DNA of 27,037 bases, taken from a virus. Its lineage: Duplodnaviria > Caudoviricetes. The stretch covers positions 1-27,037 of IMG/VR virus record IMGVR_UViG_3300006863_000015; one strand, written 5' to 3'. The number at the start of each line of letters is the position of its first letter. Within the stretch, counting starts at the first letter, position 1. The position numbers and the translations under genes were made by a program. This document shows positions 8,645-16,658 of this stretch, in pieces. The notes beneath the pieces were generated by a model. That model searched no databases, had not been told where the DNA came from, and saw only the letters and a list, made by a program, of their open reading frames with translations.

Positions 8645-9052
8645 ATGGCTCTCCCTAATGGCGCAGGCGGTTACCAAATTGGTGACGGCAATCTGACAGA
8701 AGCACAACTGACCGTACAAACCGTTCCCGCAACTTTGACAGCAGACACCACCCTGACTGCTGCTCAAGTCGCAGTTGGTTTGGTTGTTTGCCAAAAAGCA
8801 TCGGATGCTACATTGACCGTTACGCTGCCCACCGCAGCGTTGCTCGATGCAGCCATCCCCAGCGCAAAAGTCGGCTCGGCTTTTGAACTGACGATTTGCA
8901 ACAACAACAACAGCGGCGCTTCGTCCACCGTGCCCGTCACGACTGGCACTGGCATCACGATTTACGGTTCGGTGACCGTGCCCCGTTTCGGCGCATACAC
9001 CTACCGTTTCGTGAAGACTGGTGATGCTGCTTACTCGGCATTCTTGAAGTAA
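8645..9052 (+). CDS. Putative capsid decoration / minor head protein
   Basis: Ala/Thr-rich, TVTLPTAALLDAAIP motif, directly after the coat; strong SD TTTGAAAGGA shared with the coat gene. Confidence 0.65.
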   Translation: MALPNGAGGYQIGDGNLTEAQLTVQTVPATLTADTTLTAAQVAVGLVVCQKASDATLTVTLPTAALLDAAIPSAKVGSAFELTICNNNNSGASSTVPVTTGTGITIYGSVTVPRFGAYTYRFVKTGDAAYSAFLK

Positions 9053-9081
9053 ACAATGGGGGCTTCGGCCCCCGTTCTTAA
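9050..9081 (+). repeat. Direct repeat copy 1 (UUCG hairpin)
   Basis: TAAACAATGGGGGCTTCGGCCCCCGTTCTTAA, near-identical to 9385-9415. Confidence 0.85.
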
Positions 9082-9090
9082 GGAATCATC

Positions 9091-9387
9091 ATGCCCAATA
9101 CCAAAGCAGTAGGTGTTGCATATTCTGACCCCGAGTTCGAGAGCGTCACCGTTAGCGGTGCTGCTGTCGTCAACGGCGGTCTGATTGCAAACACCATCGC
9201 CACTACCGGCAACGTAGCCGCCGCCAACTTGACAGCAGGTCTGTATTTTCTGACCTCTGCCATCACGGCAAACTCGACCACGACCTCCGCTCCGGTTGGT
9301 TCGTTGGCGACCACCACCAACGCCACTGGCCTTGGCAAGCTGTTCATTTCGGACGGCACCAAGTGGCAGTATCCTGTCGTTGCCTAA
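9091..9387 (+). CDS. Putative minor virion/decoration protein
   Basis: MPNTKAVGVAYSDP start, Thr/Ala-rich, AP.GSL.......GKLFISDGTKW end; AAGGA SD. Confidence 0.7.
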   Translation: MPNTKAVGVAYSDPEFESVTVSGAAVVNGGLIANTIATTGNVAAANLTAGLYFLTSAITANSTTTSAPVGSLATTTNATGLGKLFISDGTKWQYPVVA

Positions 9388-9415
9388 ACAAACGGGGCTT
9401 CGGCCCCGTTCTTAA
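9385..9415 (+). repeat. Direct repeat copy 2 (UUCG hairpin)
   Basis: TAAACAAACGGGGCTTCGGCCCCGTTCTTAA. Confidence 0.85.
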
Positions 9416-9418
9416 ACA

Positions 9419-9667
9419 ATGCCTTCAATTTATCTCCAGCACCCGGTTCACGGCAACAAAATTGCCACAATGGACATGGAGGCCGATTTTGATGAACAAA
9501 ACGGCTGGACGCGCTACAATCCTGACACGCCTTCGACTGTCGAAGAAGTGGCCTCGGAAGCTGATGTGGCTCCGATTGCGCGGCGCGGTCGCCGCAAGAA
9601 AACCGAGGAATCGGTAGAAACCCCAATGCCGGATTTTTTGGCACCGCAGTCAGACGAAGGAGAGTGA
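9419..9667 (+). CDS. Hypothetical protein
   Basis: IYL.HPVHG.K.A....EA..DEQNGW.RY followed by an RRGRRKK tail; stop abuts the next ATG. Confidence 0.7.
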   Translation: MPSIYLQHPVHGNKIATMDMEADFDEQNGWTRYNPDTPSTVEEVASEADVAPIARRGRRKKTEESVETPMPDFLAPQSDEGE

Positions 9668-9668
9668 C

Positions 9669-10400
9669 ATGGCTACCTACACCGCAGGCGAACAGATCAA
9701 TCGGGCGTTGCGGCTGCTAGGTGTGCTGGCCGAAGGTGAAACGCCTTCCGCAGCCGTGTCTCAGGACTGCTTGATGGCGCTCAATCAAATGATTGAGTCA
9801 TGGAACACCGAGCGCCTGTCCGTCTTCTCAACCATCGACCAAATCTGCAACTGGCCGGTCGATCAGATCAACGCAACCCTTGGCCCCACCGGATCGCTGG
9901 TGCGTTTGAACGGCACTGCCGAGCGCCCCATCCTGGTTGATGACGCCACCTATTTCCGTGATCCGCAGACCAATGTGTCCTACGGCATCAAGCTGATCAA
10001 TCAGCAGCAGTACGACGGCATCGCGGTCAAAACCGTGACATCCACGTATCCCCAGGTCATGTTCGTCAACATGACCTATCCGAACATTGACATCTTCATC
10101 TACCCGCGGCCCACGCGACTGTTGGAGTTTCATTTCATCAGTGTGCAGCCGCTGGATCAGCCTGCAAACCTGTCCACGCAGATTCTGTTCCCTCCGGGTT
10201 ACCTGCGGGCCTTTGCCTACAACCTCGCATGCGAAATCGCACCCGAATTTGGCGTGGAGCCATCGCCCCAGGTCATGCGTATTGCCATGACCAGCAAGCG
10301 CGATCTGAAGCGCATCAACAACCCGGATGATGTGATGTCTATGCCGTATTCGCTGATCGCAACGCGCCAGCGATTCAACGTCTATGCGGGTAACTACTAA
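9669..10400 (+). CDS. Head-tail adaptor, P22 gp4-like
   Basis: TAG..I..ALRLLGVLAEGETPS......L.ALNQM..SW and PPGY.RA..YNLA.EIAPEFG motifs; directly upstream of the gp10-like gene. Confidence 0.75.
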   Translation: MATYTAGEQINRALRLLGVLAEGETPSAAVSQDCLMALNQMIESWNTERLSVFSTIDQICNWPVDQINATLGPTGSLVRLNGTAERPILVDDATYFRDPQTNVSYGIKLINQQQYDGIAVKTVTSTYPQVMFVNMTYPNIDIFIYPRPTRLLEFHFISVQPLDQPANLSTQILFPPGYLRAFAYNLACEIAPEFGVEPSPQVMRIAMTSKRDLKRINNPDDVMSMPYSLIATRQRFNVYAGNY

Positions 10401-11839
10401 TGAAGACCCCGATCCTTGGCTCGACGTATGTGGCCCGCAGCGTCAATGCTGCGGACGCTCGCATGATCAATCTTTTTCCCGAGGTTGTCCCCGAAGCGGG
10501 TAAAGAACCAGCGTACCTGCAACGCTGCCCAGGGCTGCTGAACCTTGCAACCATTGGTGACGGGCCGATCCGCGGGCTGTGGTCCTTCTCGTCCGACAAC
10601 TCTGTCGCCTTTGTTGTCTCGGGCAACAGCCTGTACAAGATCAACACCAGTTACACCCCCACGCTGCTGGGCACGATTACGGGCACCGGGCCGGTGAGCA
10701 TGGCCGACAACGGCACTCAATTGTTCATCGCTGCCAACGGCCCCAGTTACATCTACAACAACACGACCAACGTGTTTGCACAGATCACCGATCCAGACTT
10801 CCCTGGCGCAGTGACCGTTGGTTATCTGGACGGCTACTTTGTGTTCAACGAGCCAAACAGTCAGAAAATCTGGATCACGAGCCTGCTTGACGGATTGTCG
10901 GTCGACCCCCTCGACTTTGCCAGCGCCGAGGGTTCTCCTGACGGCGTGGTTGGCATCATCATCGACCACCGCGAGGTCTGGGTCTACGGCACAAACAGCG
11001 TCGAGGTTTGGTATGACGCGGGCACTCAGGACTTTCCGCTCCAGCGCATTCAGGGTGCGTTTAACGAGATCGGCTGCATCTCGGCCTACACGATTGCCAA
11101 GATGGACAACGGCATCTTCTGGCTGGGCGCTGACGCCCGAGGCCAGGGTATTGTCTACCGGGCCAACGGCTACACGGGTCAGCGCATCAGCACCCATGCC
11201 GTCGAGTGGCACATCCAGCAGTATGGCAATTTGACCGATTCGCTGGCTTACACCTACCAGCAAGACGGCCACAGCTTCTACGTGCTCATTTTCCCCAGTG
11301 CCAACACGACATGGGTGTACGACGTTGCCACCGGCGCATGGCATGAGCGGGCTGGCTGGAACAATGGCTCATTCACGCGCCACCGCAGCAACTGCCAGAT
11401 GGCGTTCAACAACAAGATCATTGTGGGCGACTACGAGGACGGCAACATCTACGCCTTTGACCTCGACACCTACGCTGACAATGGTCAGATTCAAAAGTGG
11501 CTGCGGACATGGCGGGCGCTCCCGACAGGTCAAAACGATCTTAAGCGCACGGCGCACCACAGTCTTCAGATCGACCTGGAGTCAGGTGTTGGCCTTAACA
11601 TTGGGCAAGGCAGCGACCCCGAGGTCATGCTGCGCTGGTCAGATGATGGTGGTCATACGTGGTCCAACGAACACACAGCGTCAATTGGCAAGATTGGTCA
11701 ATACTACCGCCGGGTGTTCTTCCGTCGTCTTGGCATGACCATGAAGCTGCGCGACCGGGTGTATGAGTTGTCGATGACTGACCCGGTAAAGACCGCAATC
11801 ATGGGCGCTGAACTGATTCTTAGCCCGACTACGGCTTGA
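10400..11839 (+). CDS. DNA stabilization / tail hub protein, P22 gp10-like
   Basis: 479 aa beta-rich; YLDGYFVF, LDFASAEGSPD, TWVYDVATGAWHER, MLRWSDDGGHTWS motifs. Confidence 0.9.
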   Translation: MKTPILGSTYVARSVNAADARMINLFPEVVPEAGKEPAYLQRCPGLLNLATIGDGPIRGLWSFSSDNSVAFVVSGNSLYKINTSYTPTLLGTITGTGPVSMADNGTQLFIAANGPSYIYNNTTNVFAQITDPDFPGAVTVGYLDGYFVFNEPNSQKIWITSLLDGLSVDPLDFASAEGSPDGVVGIIIDHREVWVYGTNSVEVWYDAGTQDFPLQRIQGAFNEIGCISAYTIAKMDNGIFWLGADARGQGIVYRANGYTGQRISTHAVEWHIQQYGNLTDSLAYTYQQDGHSFYVLIFPSANTTWVYDVATGAWHERAGWNNGSFTRHRSNCQMAFNNKIIVGDYEDGNIYAFDLDTYADNGQIQKWLRTWRALPTGQNDLKRTAHHSLQIDLESGVGLNIGQGSDPEVMLRWSDDGGHTWSNEHTASIGKIGQYYRRVFFRRLGMTMKLRDRVYELSMTDPVKTAIMGAELILSPTTA

Positions 11840-11841
11840 CG

Positions 11842-13602
11842 ATGGCAACCGTCGATTTAACCAACATCACACCCCCCAGGGTTCCGATCATTGATCAGCG
11901 AACCGGATTGATCTCGCGTGAGTGGTATCGATTTTTCTTGAATCTGTTTCAATTGGTTGGCGGTGGTCAAAACACCACGTCGCTGACAGATTTGCAACTT
12001 GGTCCTCCCACGGCTCAACAAGAAGACCTAACAGACATCATCATCGACATTGTGGGGCTGCAAACTCAACCCGCATCCGGCACATCTGAGTTACAGGCAA
12101 CCCTTGACGTTGTGCGACAAGAGTTGCAAACATTACCGTCAGCAGCCGTTGATGAATTGCGCCAGCAACTCGATGTGTTGCGCCAAGATGTCCAGACCCA
12201 GCGCCAGCCTGAGTTGGGCAGCATGGCCCCGCTTCAGCAAGACAACGTGCCTTGGCTGACGTTCAACACCGCGCCATCACCCGTGCCTACGGCTGTGGGC
12301 AGCATGTACTGGGACGGCGGCTCTACGCTGGGCATTCAAGCCACCGCAAACGTGCTCATCAAAGTCGGTGAGTCTGAGTACGTCTACGTTAAAGCCTCGT
12401 CGGCCATCACCAAAGGCCAGCTTTGCTATCACACGGGTGCTGTGGGTGCTTCGGGCGTTATTACTGCCGCGCCTACACCGCTGGGGCTGACCGACCCTAA
12501 CCAAATTGTTGGCGTGGCCGCTGAGACCATTGCGCTCAACGGGTTTGGCCTGATTCAGATCAGCGGCGACTTGCGTGGCTTCAACACAACAGGCAGCAGC
12601 GTCGGTGAGACATGGGCTGACGGTGACCCGTTGTACTACAACCCAAATTTTGTTGGGTCGATGACTAAGGTCAAGCCGACTGCGCCCAGCATCAAATCGT
12701 ACATCGGCGAGGTCATCAACGCCGCCTCGGCTGGCTCCGGTTCCATGCACATCCGCATCGTGCCAGGCTCTGTGCTGGGCGGCACGGACAGCAACGTGCA
12801 GTTTGGCACGCTGGCCAATAGCGACCTGATTCAATACGACAGCACGCTTCAGTATTGGAAAAACGTCGCGCCGTCGTCGATAGTCATTGGCACGGCCACC
12901 AACATAGCCGGAGGCGCTGCTGGGTCAGTACCGTATCAGTCCGCTCCCAGCATCACGACGTTTCTGCCGATTGGCACCGCGTTGCAAGTGCTCAAGGTCA
13001 ACGCGGGTGCTACGGCTCCCGAGTGGGTCAGTGGCGCTGCCTTGACCAAGACCGACGACACCAATGTCACATTGACGCTTGGTGGCACACCGACCACATC
13101 GTTGCTGGCTGCTACATCTTTGACACTGGGTTGGACGGGTCAGCTTGCCGTCAGTCGGGGCGGTACGGGTGTGGCTACGGCCACGGCAAATTATGTTTTT
13201 GCCGGACCCACTACGGGAAGCGCTGCCGCACCGACCTTTCGTGCCTTGGTTGCTGCCGATATTCCGACGCTGCCGTACCAGCCTACGGCTGCGCCGGTCA
13301 CCTATACAGCCAACTTTTCCGTGGCTACCACGGATGTTTGGATTATCAACAACAAGTCGGGATCGTCCTGTACAGCCACGCTACCCACGGCGTCCAGCTA
13401 TTCCGGCAGAGTTTTGCGCTTTCAAAACTATCAGGCGCAAACATTGGTGTCAGCGTCCAGTAATGTTGTGCCCGTGGCTGGAGGTGCCGCGAGCACTTCT
13501 ATTCTGTTGGCAAGTGCCGGAGATCAATGCACCTTGGTTTCTGACGGAACAAACTGGATAATGACGCAATACATCCCGAACAACGCCCTACTTTTGGAGT
13601 AA
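11842..13602 (+). CDS. Tail needle/fibre-like protein
   Basis: ITPPRVP.ID.RTGLISREWYRFF N-terminus, coiled coil, Gly/Thr-rich shaft, LVSDGTNW end; ATG 11842 preferred over TTG 11836. Confidence 0.65.
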   Translation: MATVDLTNITPPRVPIIDQRTGLISREWYRFFLNLFQLVGGGQNTTSLTDLQLGPPTAQQEDLTDIIIDIVGLQTQPASGTSELQATLDVVRQELQTLPSAAVDELRQQLDVLRQDVQTQRQPELGSMAPLQQDNVPWLTFNTAPSPVPTAVGSMYWDGGSTLGIQATANVLIKVGESEYVYVKASSAITKGQLCYHTGAVGASGVITAAPTPLGLTDPNQIVGVAAETIALNGFGLIQISGDLRGFNTTGSSVGETWADGDPLYYNPNFVGSMTKVKPTAPSIKSYIGEVINAASAGSGSMHIRIVPGSVLGGTDSNVQFGTLANSDLIQYDSTLQYWKNVAPSSIVIGTATNIAGGAAGSVPYQSAPSITTFLPIGTALQVLKVNAGATAPEWVSGAALTKTDDTNVTLTLGGTPTTSLLAATSLTLGWTGQLAVSRGGTGVATATANYVFAGPTTGSAAAPTFRALVAADIPTLPYQPTAAPVTYTANFSVATTDVWIINNKSGSSCTATLPTASSYSGRVLRFQNYQAQTLVSASSNVVPVAGGAASTSILLASAGDQCTLVSDGTNWIMTQYIPNNALLLE

Positions 13603-13606
13603 CGCC

Positions 13607-13942
13607 ATGACAGTGACCGTCAAAAACATTGTTCCGGCCAAAACGGTCGAGAACACCCAAACCACCCAGTACACTGCGACTGGTGTGACCACGATCATCG
13701 ACAAGTTCACCGCGACGAACTACAACACCGCCGCTGCCACAATCAGCGTCAACCTCGTCACGGTCGCCGGATCGGCTGGCAATGCCAACTTGATCACCAA
13801 GACCAAAACGCTCCAGCCTGCCGAGGTCTACACATTCCCTGAGTTGGTGGGCCAGGTGCTTAACCCTGGCGACTTCATTTCCACGATTGCTGGCACCGCA
13901 TCGTCCATCAACATGCGAGTCAGCGGACGCGAGGTGACCTGA
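13607..13942 (+). CDS. Hypothetical virion protein
   Basis: GGAG SD; Thr-rich beta protein in the tail region. Confidence 0.7.
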   Translation: MTVTVKNIVPAKTVENTQTTQYTATGVTTIIDKFTATNYNTAAATISVNLVTVAGSAGNANLITKTKTLQPAEVYTFPELVGQVLNPGDFISTIAGTASSINMRVSGREVT

Positions 13943-14460
13943 TGGACCTGGTAGCCCAAAACACTCCGAGCAAAGTGCAATTTCGTCAGGACATCCTGAC
14001 GGTGCAAGACGGCCTTCAGCAAATGATTGCCGAGGGCGCGGTCGAGTCCACGCTGGAAGACTGCACCCTGACCCATTACTTCACGCCCAAAGACGAAAAG
14101 TATGGCTGCTGCACCTACGCTCGCGAGATGTTTATCCCCAAGGGCACCTTAATCATTGGCAAGATTCACCGGCATCAGCACTTGAACTTTATCAGTAAGG
14201 GTCGCGTAAAGGTTGTCACCGAGTTCGGCACAAAATACCTTGAAGCCCCTTGCACTTTTGTGTCCGAGGTTGGCCTGAAACGTGCGGTTTATGCCGAAGA
14301 AGACACGCTTTGGACCACGGTTCACTTGACAGAGTTTGAGAGTGAGGCCGAACTCGATAAAATCGAGCAAGAAGTTATTTCCCCATCGTATGACGAAATG
14401 GGGCTGATTGATTCAACTGAGAAACTGGCGCAGATTGCTGCAAAAGGAGAAACGCTATGA
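13942..14460 (+). CDS. Cupin-fold protein
   Basis: YAREMFIPKGTLIIGKIH...H.N.ISKG.V.V...G......P......G.KR...A.ED..W.TVH cupin-like pattern. Confidence 0.65.
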   Translation: MDLVAQNTPSKVQFRQDILTVQDGLQQMIAEGAVESTLEDCTLTHYFTPKDEKYGCCTYAREMFIPKGTLIIGKIHRHQHLNFISKGRVKVVTEFGTKYLEAPCTFVSEVGLKRAVYAEEDTLWTTVHLTEFESEAELDKIEQEVISPSYDEMGLIDSTEKLAQIAAKGETL

Positions 14461-15287
14461 CATGGGGATTTACTGCCGTTGCGGCGGCAACCGTTTATTC
14501 CGCAAATCGTGGGTCTAGTGCAGCAAGTCAAGCCGCTGAAACACAAGCCGCTTCAACTGATGCCGCGGCACAACTTCAGCGAGAAACCGCACAAGAACAA
14601 CTCGCGCTTCAGAAACGCATTTACGAAGAAGGCATTGCCCGTCAACAGCCTTGGTATGAGGCTGGCAAGACTGCGCTGACGAAGCTGCAAGGCATTCCTG
14701 AAACCAAGTTTCTTTTTCCCACGTTTACGGGCAAAGTTGATGTAACGCAAGACCCCGGGTATGCGTTCCGATTGTCTGAGGGACAGAAAGCACTGGAGCG
14801 TTCGGCTGCTGCCCGCGGTGGCTTGCTGTCGGGTGCTGCCGGTAAAGCACTGACTCGATATGGTCAAGAAATGGGTTCGCAAGAATACCAAAACGCCTAC
14901 AACCGAGCATTCCAGAAGTACGGTGCAGACGTTCAAAAGTATGAGGCTGACGTTCAACAAGACGCCCTCAACTACAACCGACTGGCATCTCTTGCTGGCG
15001 TGGGTCAAACGACGGCACAGCAAATTGGAACCGCTGGTCAAAACTATGCGACGGCTTCTGGCAACATTGCAAGCCAATCGGCAAGCAATATCGGAGAAGC
15101 GTTGACCAGCGGAGCAGCAGCCCGCGCCTCGGGTTACGTGGGTGGTGCAAACGCCATCAGTCAAGCCTTGGGTCAAGGCATCAATTTGTACGGCATGTAT
15201 AACCAGAACCAGTTGTACAACCGCATGTTCCCGCAAGTACCGACAATCAGATACCCTGGCGTTGACGCAAGTTCAGTTATGGGTTAA
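14457..15287 (+). CDS. DNA ejection/transfer protein (P22 gp7-like)
   Basis: Ala/Gln-rich; QPW..AG..AL, DPGY.FRL.EGQKALERSAAARGGLLSG...KAL.RYGQ motifs. Confidence 0.75.
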   Translation: MTWGFTAVAAATVYSANRGSSAASQAAETQAASTDAAAQLQRETAQEQLALQKRIYEEGIARQQPWYEAGKTALTKLQGIPETKFLFPTFTGKVDVTQDPGYAFRLSEGQKALERSAAARGGLLSGAAGKALTRYGQEMGSQEYQNAYNRAFQKYGADVQKYEADVQQDALNYNRLASLAGVGQTTAQQIGTAGQNYATASGNIASQSASNIGEALTSGAAARASGYVGGANAISQALGQGINLYGMYNQNQLYNRMFPQVPTIRYPGVDASSVMG

Positions 15288-15296
15288 GGAATAATC

Positions 15297-16649
15297 ATGC
15301 CAATTGATCCCCGCATTTCCCTTGGCGTTCAGCCGATACAAATCGACTACCAGGCTTTGTCGCCGGTCAATCAGTTGGCTGGTGTGATGAAACTGAAAGG
15401 TATGCAGCAGGAAAACGTGCTCAACGAGGCCAAGCTGGCCGAGTACCAGCGCGAGGTTGAAGGACAGAACCGTCTTGCTGCCGACATCGCTAAAAATCCT
15501 GAATTGCTCAAGCCGGAGAACCGTGCGTCGTTGCTCACGGGTTACGGTAAGTATGGTCAAACGGTTGGTGGCAAACTGACCGAGACTGAGAAGGCGATGA
15601 CGGAAGAAGCGGCTCGTCGTGCAAAGTTGCACATCGACAAGGCCGCGCTGTACCGTGATGCTCTTGTTGGCGTGACCGATCAGCGATCTGCGTTGCAGTG
15701 GCTGCAAGCGCAACAAAGAGACCCTGACATGGTTGGTTCTCCAATTGCCAGCGTGTCCATCATGGACGCCGCTCGTTCGATTCCCGCTGACCCCGCTGGG
15801 TTTGCTCAGTGGAAACAACAGGCTGCGCTGGGTTTGAGCAAGTACATGGAGTTGAATAAACCCCAGTATTTCCAGCAAGATTTCGGTGGCACAAAGCAAA
15901 TTACATCAGTGCCTGGAATGGGCGGCACTGCTGCTGTCGTACCTGGCAGTTCGGGAACCGTTACGCTCACCGAAGCGCAGAAACTGCAAGACCAGCGTGA
16001 TCGTGAGCGTATTAAGCAAGAAGGTCAACGCCTCGGTCTTGAAGGCCGTCGTGTGGCCGTGCTCGAGGAGAACCAACGCCGCGATGCCGACCCCGTGTTC
16101 CAACAGCGCATGGCTGGTGCAAAGGCCACCGGCGAGGCAATTGCCAAGGGCGATGTGGCCGCACAGCAGGCGCTGCCGAAGATCATTTCTCGTGCCGAAG
16201 ACGGTTTGCGTTTGATCGACGAACTGGTTGGCAAACAAGAAGTGCGCGACAAGAATGGCAAGGTCATTCAAGCCGCGACAAAACCGCACCCCGGCTTCGA
16301 GAACGCAGTGGGCACCACTTGGCTACCCGGCTCTCGGTTTGTTCCTGGCACAGATGCTGCCGACTTCAATTCGCGCTTTGACCAGATCAAAGGCGCATCG
16401 TTCCTTGAGGCGTTTGAAGCGCTTAAAGGCGGCGGTGCGATCACGGAAAAAGAAGGCTCGAAGGGTACTGACGCAATCAACCGAATGTCTCTGGCTCAAA
16501 GCGAGAAAGAGTTCATGGCTGCTGCTCGTGACCTGCAAGAAGTTATTCGCACAGGTGTGTCAAGAGCACAATCTCGCGCTTCCCGTCCAGGTGGCGCTGC
16601 CCCTGCCGCTGGTGGCGCAGTAGACACAAACAATCCGTTGCTGAAGTAA
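15297..16649 (+). CDS. DNA ejection protein (gp20-like position)
   Basis: Helical Ala/Gln-rich 450 aa between two other ejection-like genes; LKGGGAITEKEG motif. Confidence 0.6.
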   Translation: MPIDPRISLGVQPIQIDYQALSPVNQLAGVMKLKGMQQENVLNEAKLAEYQREVEGQNRLAADIAKNPELLKPENRASLLTGYGKYGQTVGGKLTETEKAMTEEAARRAKLHIDKAALYRDALVGVTDQRSALQWLQAQQRDPDMVGSPIASVSIMDAARSIPADPAGFAQWKQQAALGLSKYMELNKPQYFQQDFGGTKQITSVPGMGGTAAVVPGSSGTVTLTEAQKLQDQRDRERIKQEGQRLGLEGRRVAVLEENQRRDADPVFQQRMAGAKATGEAIAKGDVAAQQALPKIISRAEDGLRLIDELVGKQEVRDKNGKVIQAATKPHPGFENAVGTTWLPGSRFVPGTDAADFNSRFDQIKGASFLEAFEALKGGGAITEKEGSKGTDAINRMSLAQSEKEFMAAARDLQEVIRTGVSRAQSRASRPGGAAPAAGGAVDTNNPLLK

Positions 16650-16658
16650 GGAGCCGAC

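Noticed and set aside
8597-9415. Three hairpin repeats as a possible CRISPR mini-array (a Cas4-like gene is in the window)
   Set aside because: The intervals are about 300-430 nt and each holds a complete gene; spacing is irregular; DUF2800 sits in its usual replication context
14916-14957. 21-bp imperfect tandem duplication (KYGADVQ/KYEADVQ) in the ejection protein
   Set aside because: Single heptad duplication in a helical protein; ordinary
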